Numbered from the stretch's first letter, positions 48,600 to 58,144 are shown. The stretch: 64,000 nt of DNA from Beijerinckiaceae bacterium (GCA_035437025.1 DAOMXN010000001.1:2013-66012), one strand, 5' to 3'. A program made the numbers and translations. Notes: generated by a model from the letters alone, not told the origin.

Positions 48600-50864
48600 T
48601 CAACGGATCACATAGATCGGGCTGGACCAGGCAACGTGCCCATCCTCGGTGCGCACCCGCACCCAGACTGGCGTATCCCCTGCATGCTTCAGCCAAACGC
48701 GATGGGAAACAGTCATTTCCGTTGCGTCCAGTCGGTCGGGCAATCGTTGCACCGAAATGGCGCGGTCAAGACCACCGGCATCCAGCACGCACGCCTCGAC
48801 CCCGAGCTGTTTCAGGTCGAAAGATCCGGTCACCACGTTGGTGGCAATGTTCGCCGCGCCCTGAAGCCTGTCTAGTGCTGCATCGAAGCCAACAAAATTG
48901 CCGGTGGTAACCGTTTCAAAGCGGATCCTGCCAGGGCCATCGTGAACAAGCGGCCGCTCCGGGTTCCACCAGTTGATGGGTGTGATCTGAGCCACGGCTG
49001 CATCGGAAAATGTCACCGTGCCGGTCCATTTGGTCTGGCGCCCGCGTCCGCGATACTCCGCCCCGTTGCAGAGGATGCGAAGCCGATTGCCCAGATCGTC
49101 ACGCGTGTAGCTTCGAAACGTCGCCGCGATGTCACTTGCGGTGAACAGGTCGATCGAGAGGATTGGCGAACCAGCCGAGACGCTGATGTTCACCGTTGCT
49201 GCCTCTGCCGACGTTCGCGCAATCTCGCCCATCTCTGCCCGACTGCTGGCGCCATGCGGGCCGGCGCCAGTGGCAGGATCAGTATGAAAGATCTCGGCCG
49301 GCGCATCGAAAGCAAGGTGAAGGTCCAGGTGCAGCCGGGAGCCGGTGGTGCCGTAGTGGTTTCTCCTGCGAATGGCATTGAACAGGCCATCCCTGTCGAG
49401 CGCGGCGGCCCGGAAGCAGGTCAGCCCTCCCAGGGCGCCAAAACTTGCCGCGCCGGGATAACTGGCGCCGGGGCGGCCCTTGTGCCCGTCGCTATTGCAA
49501 ACGACGCCGACGCGATACCCGAGGCGGAAACTGTCATGGAGCATCCATTCGAAAGTGCCCCAGTCGGAATGAAGCTCGACAGCTACCCGGAGCCGCGGGT
49601 CATGAGCCGCCGCAAGGTTCGCAGGGCGGCCACCGACATGGGCGAACAGCACGCAGTCCTCTTTCGCAAGAGCGGCATAGAGCGCCGGCAGATCATTGGC
49701 GTCTGTCTGCAGGCGGTGCCTGTTCTCGATCATGGCGTGCGACGATCGAATAATCGGCCTGTCCTCATCCCGGAAAAAGACGTTGTGATCGCCCCCAACA
49801 GCGGTGTTGGCTGACCATTCGTACCCGGGAAAGGTCACGAAATGGCCATCGTCGTTGAACGCGCGCGTCGTGGTGTTGATCTCGTCCCAGAAGGCATCCT
49901 TGATCTGGAAGTCATTGGCTTGATGCGCACAGGCATCAACAAAGGCGATGTCCCGGGCGAAGGTGAAGTATTCCTCAATGGAATTGATCCCGACCGTTTC
50001 ACCGCTCTGCCCGTGCAAGTCTGCCCAGAAGGTCTGATCGGTATCGCCGATCGACAACGGCACGCCCTCGGCAAGCTTCGCGCCAGCGGCGTCGAAGAGC
50101 GAAAATCGATAGGTGCCTGGCACATCAATCCGCTGTTCGATCCGATGAGATCGAGCGCCCGGCCTCCAGTCGATCCGCACTGCCGGGATCGATGCGGGCC
50201 CCGTTGACTGAAGAACCAACGGCCCTTTGACAGCATCGGAAGCATTGCCCCATCGATCTTCGCCAACGATGCCCACGGCAATCGTGGCCCCAACCCTCCG
50301 GGCAGTGGGATTGATCACTTTCCAGCGCACAGGCGGGCCTGGCAGCACGGGAATGGTGACCCGGTCTTCGAGGGGAACGAAAAAGCCCGTGGCGCAGGGA
50401 TCGACCGAAACGCGAAGTTCAAACGCGCTCTCGCAGAACGTTTGCATTCGAAATCCCGGCGAACCCTGCGAACGATCGCCAAATGTGACGTAGATCTCAT
50501 CTCCCGGCTTGAGCGCGCCGCCCACGACCTCGAAGCGCACAGTTTTATCCCAGGGCCGAAGCCCGTGATTTTCGCAATGGACCGCAATGCGCACGCCGGT
50601 CGAGCTTTTCGCACTGATGTAATTTGCGGCCCCGGGGTCATGGGACTGCAGTGCACCGCCGTCATAGGTGAACCGCAGGGATACCCGAAAGCCGCCGGTG
50701 TCATCGAAGCCGAAACGCCCGACAATGAGCGTCAGGCTGATCTCTTGCCAGCTTCTGACCTCGCAAGGGGCGCTGCTGGCGTTTGTCACTCGTGCATAGT
50801 CCGACGTGGCGCGGCCGGGTTGCACCACCGGCCAGACGTCGCCCATCAGATCGTCTGAGATCAT
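48600..50864 (-). CDS. Uncharacterised 754-aa protein with a central PHP-like (DUF3604-like) metal-dependent hydrolase core
   Basis: Long ORF with coding-like composition. The central motifs FWADLHGQSGE, FPGYEWS, GGDHNVFF, LFAHVGGRP, ELHSDWG and CNSDGHKGRPG follow the order of PHP-domain metal-ligand motifs. The N-terminal ~280 aa and C-terminal ~230 aa are unassigned. The function is not known. Confidence 0.55.
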   Translation of the reverse strand: MISDDLMGDVWPVVQPGRATSDYARVTNASSAPCEVRSWQEISLTLIVGRFGFDDTGGFRVSLRFTYDGGALQSHDPGAANYISAKSSTGVRIAVHCENHGLRPWDKTVRFEVVGGALKPGDEIYVTFGDRSQGSPGFRMQTFCESAFELRVSVDPCATGFFVPLEDRVTIPVLPGPPVRWKVINPTARRVGATIAVGIVGEDRWGNASDAVKGPLVLQSTGPASIPAVRIDWRPGARSHRIEQRIDVPGTYRFSLFDAAGAKLAEGVPLSIGDTDQTFWADLHGQSGETVGINSIEEYFTFARDIAFVDACAHQANDFQIKDAFWDEINTTTRAFNDDGHFVTFPGYEWSANTAVGGDHNVFFRDEDRPIIRSSHAMIENRHRLQTDANDLPALYAALAKEDCVLFAHVGGRPANLAAAHDPRLRVAVELHSDWGTFEWMLHDSFRLGYRVGVVCNSDGHKGRPGASYPGAASFGALGGLTCFRAAALDRDGLFNAIRRRNHYGTTGSRLHLDLHLAFDAPAEIFHTDPATGAGPHGASSRAEMGEIARTSAEAATVNISVSAGSPILSIDLFTASDIAATFRSYTRDDLGNRLRILCNGAEYRGRGRQTKWTGTVTFSDAAVAQITPINWWNPERPLVHDGPGRIRFETVTTGNFVGFDAALDRLQGAANIATNVVTGSFDLKQLGVEACVLDAGGLDRAISVQRLPDRLDATEMTVSHRVWLKHAGDTPVWVRVRTEDGHVAWSSPIYVIR

Positions 50865-50924
50865 CGCGGCCTTCCTCGGCTCCCTTGAATTTTTCCGCAG
50901 CCCCGAAATACGGATTGCAATGAT

Positions 50925-50938
50925 TAACTACATAGTTA
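50925..50938. promoter_or_regulatory. Palindrome in divergent promoter region (GntR/HutC-type operator candidate)
   Basis: TAACTA-CA-TAGTTA perfect 6-2-6 inverted repeat in the AT-rich 108-bp spacer between the 754-aa gene and the ABC ATPase gene. Confidence 0.3.
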
Positions 50939-50972
50939 TTAATTGCCCTGCAAGCCCGGTTGAGGAGTCGGA

Positions 50973-51728
50973 ATGCAAGCTCTTGTCGCGACCGACATCC
51001 GGAAGGCCTTCGGTTCCCTCGAGGTGCTGCGGGGGGTTTCGCTGCGAGCCAACAAGGGTGACGTGATTGCGATCATTGGCGGCTCCGGTTCCGGCAAGAG
51101 CACGTTCCTGCGTTGCCTTAATCTTCTCGAGACGCCGGATGCGGGCAGCCTATGGCTGAACGGCCTCGCTCTGGATTTCAGCCGAAGCGCGCCATCAAAC
51201 GGTGTCGCGCCGAAGGCCAAGGCGGAGCTGCGTCGCCGGCTTGGCATGGTCTTCCAGAGCTTCAACCTCTGGACCCATATGAGTGCCCTCGACAACATCA
51301 TCGCTGGCCCCATCCACGTCCTCGGCCATGAAAAGAAGGAGGCTCGGGCGGCAGGGCTCGAATTGCTCGACAGGGTAGGCCTGGCTGACAAGGCCGGAGC
51401 ATTTCCGGCGCAACTCTCAGGCGGACAGCAACAACGCGTGGCGATCGCACGGGCGCTGGCCATGCGGCCCGAGGCCCTTCTGTTCGACGAGCCGACATCG
51501 GCACTCGACCCCGAGCTTGTCGGAGAAGTGCTGAAAGTCATTCAAGGCCTTGCCGCCGAAGGCCGCACGATGATCCTTGTAACCCACGAGATGGCCTTCG
51601 CCCGCGACGTGGCAACGCATGTGATGTTCTTCCACGACGGGCGTGTCGAGGAGGAAGGCAAACCAAGCCTGATCTTCAGCGATCCGGGGAGCGAGCGCTG
51701 TCGTTCGTTCCTCAAGAAGTTCCTGTAA
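50973..51728 (+). CDS. Polar amino-acid/opine ABC transporter ATP-binding protein (HisP/NocP-like)
   Basis: GGSGSGKST, LSGGQQQRV, LLFDEPTS. 251 aa. Confidence 0.9.
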   Translation: MQALVATDIRKAFGSLEVLRGVSLRANKGDVIAIIGGSGSGKSTFLRCLNLLETPDAGSLWLNGLALDFSRSAPSNGVAPKAKAELRRRLGMVFQSFNLWTHMSALDNIIAGPIHVLGHEKKEARAAGLELLDRVGLADKAGAFPAQLSGGQQQRVAIARALAMRPEALLFDEPTSALDPELVGEVLKVIQGLAAEGRTMILVTHEMAFARDVATHVMFFHDGRVEEEGKPSLIFSDPGSERCRSFLKKFL

Positions 51729-51741
51729 ACGGAGGTGAGAC

Positions 51742-52572
51742 ATGAAAACCGGACTGAAACACCTGGTTCTTGCAATTCCCCTGTGCTTCATGGGCACGGC
51801 TCATGCGCAGACGCCAGTGGTCAAGATCGCCACGGAAGGCGCTTATGCGCCCTACAACTTCAAGGATGCCAGTGGAAAGCTGGTCGGCTTCGAGATCGAC
51901 CTCGCCGCCGAACTTTGCAAGCGCGCCACCTTGACGTGCGAAGTGCATGAACAGGCATGGGACGGCATCCTGCCGAGCCTCATGGCGAACAAGTATGACG
52001 CGGTCATGGCTGCGATGAATATCACCGACAAGCGCGAGGCCGTGATCAGCTTCAGCCGCCCCTACGTGAAGACGCCGATCCGCTTCGTCACAACCAAGAA
52101 AGGGACGGGCGCGGATTACGTTTCGTCCGTCACTGCGATCACCCTAGAAGATGTTGATGCGGCCGAGGTCGCCGAAATCGGCAAATTGGCCAAGTTGCTG
52201 GCCGGCAAGACCATCGGCGTGCAGGCAGCAACTGCGCATGAAGCCTTCGTCAAGGAGTATATGAAGGGTGCGACCATCAAGTCCTACGACAAGATGGACA
52301 ACATGATCCTCGATCTCACGGCGGGACGGATCGACGTGGGCTACACCTCAGTCACTTTCCTTGCGCCAATTCTCAAGAAGACGCCTGATCTGGTTGAATT
52401 CGGCCCGCCGATGACGGGTGGTGCTCTAGGTCGCGGCGTGGCTGTCGGTGTGCGGAAAGCCGACACCGAACTGCAAAAGAAGTTCACAACAGCGATCGAG
52501 GCCATGCTCGCGGATGGTTCGCTCTCTGCGCTCGCTGTGAAATGGTTCGGACTCGACATTTCGGCCAAGTGA
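51742..52572 (+). CDS. Periplasmic basic amino-acid/opine-binding protein (family 3 SBP)
   Basis: Signal peptide MKTGLKHLVLAIPLCFMGTAHA. IATEGAYAPYNFKDASGKLVGFEIDL is typical of the LAO/HisJ/NocT type. Confidence 0.85.
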   Translation: MKTGLKHLVLAIPLCFMGTAHAQTPVVKIATEGAYAPYNFKDASGKLVGFEIDLAAELCKRATLTCEVHEQAWDGILPSLMANKYDAVMAAMNITDKREAVISFSRPYVKTPIRFVTTKKGTGADYVSSVTAITLEDVDAAEVAEIGKLAKLLAGKTIGVQAATAHEAFVKEYMKGATIKSYDKMDNMILDLTAGRIDVGYTSVTFLAPILKKTPDLVEFGPPMTGGALGRGVAVGVRKADTELQKKFTTAIEAMLADGSLSALAVKWFGLDISAK

Positions 52573-52600
52573 CACGGGGAGGCCCCGGAGGGGAACCTGG

Positions 52601-53314
52601 ATGGATCTTGGCATTCTGACCTGGGGTGATACCGGTTGGGGCGATGAACTGGCCCGTGGCGTGCTGACGACCGTAGCGATCGCCACGGCGGCCTATCTCG
52701 TCGGCACGCTCCTTGGCATTCTCCTCGCGACGATGAAACTCTCGCGCTCGCCGGCGCTGAATGTGCCGGCGACCATCTACACCACAACAATGCGAGGCAT
52801 GCCGGAGATGCTGGTGATCTACCTCGTCTTCTTCGGCGGCGGCGCCCTGAGCACCTGGATTGCGTCCAGCGTCCTCGGCATTCGCGGAGTGTTTGATCTA
52901 CCGTCTTTCGCCGTGGGCGTCGTCTGCATCGCGCTGTCCGTCGCCGCCTATGCCTGTGAAGTGATCCGGGGGGCGGTGCTGGCGGTTCCGGGTGGCCAGA
53001 TCGAGGCGGCAGAAGCGGTCGGCATGTCGCGGCGACAACGAAACCGCCTGATCATCGCCCCGCAAGCCTTCAGGATCGCGCTGCCCGGTATGACCAATGT
53101 CTGGCAATTTGCCCTGAAGGACACGGCACTTGTGTCGATCATCGGCGTAACCGAAGTCATGCGCACGGCCTCAATCGGCTCGGATGCAACCAAGCAGCCC
53201 TTCACCTTCTACTTCGTCGCTCTGATGATTTTCATCACAATCGCCTACCTGTCACAGCGCCTGTTCGTTCGGCTCCAACATTCCGCTGATCGGGGCGTAC
53301 GATGGGGGGCCTAG
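52601..53314 (+). CDS. Amino-acid ABC transporter permease (HisQ/NocQ-like)
   Basis: 237 aa, His/Glu/Gln/Arg/opine permease family pattern (EAAEAVGMSRRQRNRLIIAPQA). Confidence 0.85.
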   Translation: MDLGILTWGDTGWGDELARGVLTTVAIATAAYLVGTLLGILLATMKLSRSPALNVPATIYTTTMRGMPEMLVIYLVFFGGGALSTWIASSVLGIRGVFDLPSFAVGVVCIALSVAAYACEVIRGAVLAVPGGQIEAAEAVGMSRRQRNRLIIAPQAFRIALPGMTNVWQFALKDTALVSIIGVTEVMRTASIGSDATKQPFTFYFVALMIFITIAYLSQRLFVRLQHSADRGVRWGA

Positions 53315-54006
53315 ATTTCCTCACCTTTTTCGGCGATGCCCTGTCGCAACTGTCTGCCGGCATTCCGCGGACAATGGCGCTCGCCGGCACATCGCTCGTC
53401 GTCGGGTTCGTTTTGGCAATAGGTGTGGCAGGGGGATTACTCTCGCGGGAAGTCGTGCCACGGAGCATAGCCAATGGCTATGTCTATATCTTCCGGTCGA
53501 GCCCACTGCTCGTGCAGATCTTCTTGATCTATTATGGTTCGGGACAGTTTCGCGGCTTCTTTGATGCGATTGGCCTCTGGGGCCTGTTTCGCGAGGCGTG
53601 GTTCTGCGCCATTCTCGCGCTTGCGTTGAACACCTGTGCCTACCAGGCCGTGCTGATCGCCGGTGGATTGCGGGCTGTACCCTGGGGGCAGATCGAAGCG
53701 GCACAAGCGGTCGGGATGTCGCGATACAGGGTTTTTGTAACGGTCGCCTTTCCCCAAGCGCTTCGTCACGCCCTGCCGGCTTATTCTAACGAGGTGGTCC
53801 TTATGATCAAGGCCACGGCGCTGGCATCAACGATCACCATTCTCGAAATCACCGGCCTTGCCAAACAGATGGCATCCGAAACCTATCGCCCTTTCGAGGT
53901 CTTTGTCGCGGCCGGCCTCATTTACATCAGCATCAACGGCGCCATCGTGACCGGGTTCATGCAACTCGAACGATACTTGCGCCAGAATGCGACGCTGAGG
54001 ACTTGA
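53302..54006 (+). CDS. Amino-acid ABC transporter permease (HisM/NocM-like)
   Basis: 234 aa (EAAQAVGMSRYRVFVTVAFPQA). 13-nt overlap with the preceding permease gene. Confidence 0.85.
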   Translation: MGGLDFLTFFGDALSQLSAGIPRTMALAGTSLVVGFVLAIGVAGGLLSREVVPRSIANGYVYIFRSSPLLVQIFLIYYGSGQFRGFFDAIGLWGLFREAWFCAILALALNTCAYQAVLIAGGLRAVPWGQIEAAQAVGMSRYRVFVTVAFPQALRHALPAYSNEVVLMIKATALASTITILEITGLAKQMASETYRPFEVFVAAGLIYISINGAIVTGFMQLERYLRQNATLRT

Positions 54007-54060
54007 GCGCGAGATCAACCGGTCAGATACCCGGGGAAGGGCCGTTCCCGAAAAGGACGT

Positions 54061-55107
54061 TCATGCCACCTCGGCCCGCAGCAGCATGCCGAAGAGGTCG
54101 CGTGGGTCGTCCGGATCGGCCAAAAGGTCCAGCTCGTCGAACAGCCCCGTACGGCCGATCTCGCCGGCCAGCCAGCACAGCGCCGAGAAATCCTCGATCG
54201 CGAAGCCGACCGAGTCGAACAGCGTGATCTGGCTGGGGTCGCGCCGGCCCCGCTCCTCGCCGGCGATGACCCGCCAAAGCTCGGTGACCGGGTGATCGGC
54301 AGCCAGCTGCTGGATCTCGCCTTCGATCCGCGTTTGCGGCGGATACTCAACGAAGATGTCGGACCGCTTGAGGATATCGGCATGCAGCTCGGTCTTGCCC
54401 GGGCAGTCGCCGCCGACGGCGTTGATGTGGACGCCGGCCCCGACCATGTTGTCGGTCAGGATCGTCGCGTTCGCCCTGTCGGCCGTGACGGTCGTGATGA
54501 TCTCGGCGCCCATAACCGCGGCCTCGGCCGAGCGGCAGATCTCGATCGTAAAGCCAAAGCGGGCGAGGTTGCGGGCGCAGCGGCTGCTTGCCGCCGGATC
54601 GATGTCGAACAGGCGCAGCCGATCGATGCCGAGCAGCGCCTTGAAGGCGAGCGCCTGGAACTCCGACTGGGCGCCATTGCCGATCAGCGCCATGGTCCTC
54701 GCGCCAGGTGGCGCCAGATGCCGCGCCGCAACGGCTGACGTCGCCGCCGTCCGCAGCGCGGTGAGGATCGTCATCTCCGTGAGGAGCAACGGGTAGCCGG
54801 TGTCGACATCGGCCAGTACACCGAAGGCCGTCACGGTCTGGCGCCCGTCCCGCGTGTTCTTCGGATGGCCGTTGACGTATTTGAACGCGTATTGTCCGCC
54901 ATCGCTGGTGGGCATCAGTTCGATGACGCCATCCGTGCTGTGGCTCGCCAGGCGGGGCGTCTTGTCGAAGTGCTCCCAGCGCCGGAAGTCGGCCTCGATG
55001 CGCGCGGCCAGTTCGGTCAGCACCTGCTCGATGCCGCGCTTCAGGATGAGCTTCATCATGCCGTCGACGCTGACGAAGCGGACAATGTTAAGTTTGCGAT
55101 TGTCCAT
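54061..55107 (-). CDS. ocd: Ornithine cyclodeaminase
   Basis: 348 aa, OCD/mu-crystallin family. YAFKYVNGHPKN, Rossmann LIGNGAQSEFQ, NAVGGDCPGKTEL. 1-nt gap after the arginase gene. Confidence 0.85.
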   Translation of the reverse strand: MDNRKLNIVRFVSVDGMMKLILKRGIEQVLTELAARIEADFRRWEHFDKTPRLASHSTDGVIELMPTSDGGQYAFKYVNGHPKNTRDGRQTVTAFGVLADVDTGYPLLLTEMTILTALRTAATSAVAARHLAPPGARTMALIGNGAQSEFQALAFKALLGIDRLRLFDIDPAASSRCARNLARFGFTIEICRSAEAAVMGAEIITTVTADRANATILTDNMVGAGVHINAVGGDCPGKTELHADILKRSDIFVEYPPQTRIEGEIQQLAADHPVTELWRVIAGEERGRRDPSQITLFDSVGFAIEDFSALCWLAGEIGRTGLFDELDLLADPDDPRDLFGMLLRAEVA

Positions 55108-55108
55108 C

Positions 55109-56041
55109 TCAGAAGCTCCGGGTCGGACGATCCAGCACAGAGCGCCCCATCAGGCTGGCGGCCAGATCAACCATCAGCCGCGCGGTACGGCCACGCTCGT
55201 CGAGGAAGGGATTGAGTTCGACCAGATCCAGACTTGTGACGCGGCCGCAGTCATGCAGCATCTCCATGATGAGATGCGCCTCACGGAAGGTCGCCCCGCC
55301 CGGAACCGTGGTACCGACACCCGGCGCAATCTCCGGATCGAGAAAATCGACATCGAGGCTGACATGGAGGCAGCCCCCCTCCCTGACGACCTCCTCGAGA
55401 AAATCCCGCAACAGGGTCGCCACGCCGTTCTCGTCGATCGCCCGCATGTCATGCACGCGGATGCCGGTCTGGGCGAGCAGGAGGCGTTCGGCCGGATCAA
55501 CGCTGCGCAGCCCCATCATGCAGATCCGGGCCGGGTCCAGCGGCGTCTCTAGCGGCGGGAAATGCCCCGCGAAGCCGGGCAACCCCAGCGCATAGGCCAT
55601 GGGGACGCCATGGAGATTGCCGCTGGTCGTCGTGTCGAGCGTATGGAGGTCCGGATGGGCATCGAGCCAGAGCACGAACAGCTTGCGCCCGCTCTCGGCG
55701 GCGTGCCGGGCATGGCCGGACAGGGTGCCGGCCGCGAGGCTGTGATCCCCGCCAAGCACGATCGGCAGACCCTCGCGATGGGCTGTCAGGACCGCGTCGG
55801 CCAGCATCGCCGTCCAGCTCGCGATTTCCGGCAGGGACCGGATCGCGGCATTCGGATGCGGGGCGCCGGGCCGGATCTGCGGCATCAGATTGCCGCGATC
55901 GCGCACCGCATAGCCGAGGCTCTCGAGAGCCGGCCCTATGCCGGCGGCACGAAAGGCACTGGGGCCCATGTCACAGCCGAGCCGGCCGGTTCCATCCTGA
56001 ACCGGAGCGCCAATCAAAATGCAGGTCTTGTCGGTCATCAC
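55109..56041 (-). CDS. rocF: Arginase
   Basis: Ureohydrolase Mn-binding motifs GGDHSLA, WLDAHPDLHT and SLDVDFLDP. 310 aa. Confidence 0.9.
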   Translation of the reverse strand: MMTDKTCILIGAPVQDGTGRLGCDMGPSAFRAAGIGPALESLGYAVRDRGNLMPQIRPGAPHPNAAIRSLPEIASWTAMLADAVLTAHREGLPIVLGGDHSLAAGTLSGHARHAAESGRKLFVLWLDAHPDLHTLDTTTSGNLHGVPMAYALGLPGFAGHFPPLETPLDPARICMMGLRSVDPAERLLLAQTGIRVHDMRAIDENGVATLLRDFLEEVVREGGCLHVSLDVDFLDPEIAPGVGTTVPGGATFREAHLIMEMLHDCGRVTSLDLVELNPFLDERGRTARLMVDLAASLMGRSVLDRPTRSF

Positions 56042-56140
56042 GCAGCCTCCCGCCGAGGAAGGCTAGGTGACGCTGATGGCGGAATGAAGCAGGAAAATTG
56101 CCTTATTGTTCAGCTTAACTTATCATTTTGAAACACAATT

Positions 56141-56605
56141 ATGACGATTTGGATGATCATGGACGACTTGGACCAACGGCTGATTACCCTGCTCCGCCAT
56201 GACGGCCGGCGCAGCGTCTCCGACCTTGCGCTGGCCTTGAAGGTATCGCGTGCAACGGTCCGGGCCCGGATGCAGCGGCTCGCGCAAAGCGGCGAGGTGA
56301 TCGGCTACACGGTGGTTTTGAAAGCGGATGTCGTCTCGGCGCCTGTCCGCGGCATTACACTGATCGAGGTCGAGGGGCGCACCAAGGACAGGGTCGTCAA
56401 TGCGCTCAGCGGTTTTGCGGAGATCACGGCGATCCACACCACCAGCGGCAAATGGGACCTGGTCGCCGAGTTGAGCACCGACAGCTTGACCGCGCTCGAC
56501 GGCCTGCTTCACCGCATCCGGCTGATCGCGGGGATCGGTGCATCAGAAACGCATCTGCTTCTGGCAACCCCCCGCAGCAGTCAGGCGCGCCTCTCCAGTG
56601 GTTAG
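56141..56605 (+). CDS. Lrp/AsnC-family transcriptional regulator
   Basis: HTH_AsnC LDQRLITLLRHDGRRSVSDLALALKVSRATVRARMQRL plus a RAM domain. Divergent from arginase-ocd. In-frame ATGs at 56153 and 56159 are alternative starts. Confidence 0.85.
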   Translation: MTIWMIMDDLDQRLITLLRHDGRRSVSDLALALKVSRATVRARMQRLAQSGEVIGYTVVLKADVVSAPVRGITLIEVEGRTKDRVVNALSGFAEITAIHTTSGKWDLVAELSTDSLTALDGLLHRIRLIAGIGASETHLLLATPRSSQARLSSG

Positions 56606-57094
56606 GGTAAGCAGGCGACTGCTTGAAAGCGTGAGTGGCAGGAGTGCCAGCTTTCTTGGCTTCTGATCTCGACAGATCGCTTCAAGCAATGCGAACCGGT
56701 CTGTTGAAGTGCGAACCCGTTCTTACGAGGTTCGGCCAGAAAAAGTGACATGTTCCGACTTCCAGGATCAGAAGCGATGTGGAAATTGGTGCCTAAATCC
56801 CCGACCTTTTCGGCCCTCTGAGAACGCGTCTTCGGAACCATCGCCGCTAAGTCCCGGACACTTCGGGAACACACGCCTCAATTAAATTATTGATGTAATT
56901 GAATAAGATAGAAGGCATCCGACATCGATATCAAACCACGCTCGTGTGGTTCGACAGCGCTTCTTCCAGAAGACTCCGACAAAAACTGCAGACATCGACT
57001 CTGCGTAGCAGATGCATACGTCCTGACCAATATGTTGCTCAGAACGGCGTTTTTACTGCTTCTGTAGGCTGTACGTGTATAAATCCAATTGGAT

Positions 57095-58105
57095 CTACTG
57101 ATCCGAAGGCGGCTTGGGTCGCTCGATGATTTCGTGATGAAGTACGATCTGAGCCGGCGTGTTTTGCATCGACAGCGCCTGGACGATAGCAGCGCCGAAA
57201 GCGTCGTAGGGGATGCGTACCGAACTGAGTTCCGGTGCCAGCCATTCATTCATCGGTGAATCGTCAAAGCCAATCATGCGCGGCACGGCTGGGCGCCCTG
57301 CTTCCCTCCAGGCTCTTGCCGCGCCGAAAGCGATCAAGTCGCTCGTGCCGATGACGAGGTCTGGAGCCAGCCCCATGGCAAGCAGCTGCTGGGCAGCTTG
57401 CAGGCCGATGTTCAGATGATCGCCCGCGTTCGGCGACAGGACCAGGTGATCTTGGATCGGCGCGCCAGCTGCAGCGAAGCCAAAGAGGATGCCCGCGACG
57501 CGATCGCGCGTGGCTGATGACGTCTTCGGTGCGTGGATGAGTGCGGTGTTCTGCAGGCCTAGCTTGATCGCCCATCGTGCGACATCTTCACCCGCCTGCC
57601 GGTTGTCAATGCCGATGAAAGAGCCGGCGGCGCCTGTAGGGTTTCGCCGGTTGACGAACACAACCGGCGTTGTCGAACCTTGCAGACGCCGCAGCGTCGG
57701 GCTTTCCACCGCGCCTAGCAAGACGATGGCGCGGGCCTGTTGCGCCAGCATCTCCCGAAGGTATTCATCCTGAAGGTCAGGCTGGTCGTGCGTATCGCAG
57801 AGAACCATCACAAGGCCGCTTCTACGCAAGGCAGTTTCCGCGGAAGCAGCAATTGCCGCCATTGCCGGGTTGGAGAGGTTCGCGGCCAGCACCGCAACCA
57901 AACGGCTGGTGCGCTGCCTCAGGTCACGCCCCGCGCTGGTGGTGCGATACTCCAGCGTGGCGATCGCCTTGCGCACGCGTTCCACCGTTTCGGCCGATGC
58001 CTTGTTCGCCACGCCGTTCACCACGCGCGAGACGGTGGCAATCGAAACGCCCGCAAGCGCTGCGACATCCTTGATTGAACTCGACTGGGCTGTTCGTTTC
58101 GTCAC
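57095..58105 (-). CDS. LacI-family transcriptional regulator
   Basis: HTH IKDVAALAGVSIATVSRVVNG plus a periplasmic-binding-protein-like sugar-binding domain. Confidence 0.9.
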   Translation of the reverse strand: MTKRTAQSSSIKDVAALAGVSIATVSRVVNGVANKASAETVERVRKAIATLEYRTTSAGRDLRQRTSRLVAVLAANLSNPAMAAIAASAETALRRSGLVMVLCDTHDQPDLQDEYLREMLAQQARAIVLLGAVESPTLRRLQGSTTPVVFVNRRNPTGAAGSFIGIDNRQAGEDVARWAIKLGLQNTALIHAPKTSSATRDRVAGILFGFAAAGAPIQDHLVLSPNAGDHLNIGLQAAQQLLAMGLAPDLVIGTSDLIAFGAARAWREAGRPAVPRMIGFDDSPMNEWLAPELSSVRIPYDAFGAAIVQALSMQNTPAQIVLHHEIIERPKPPSDQ

Positions 58106-58144
58106 GCAGCTTGAAGTTTTTCGTGTTGATGATAGGGTTGCAAT

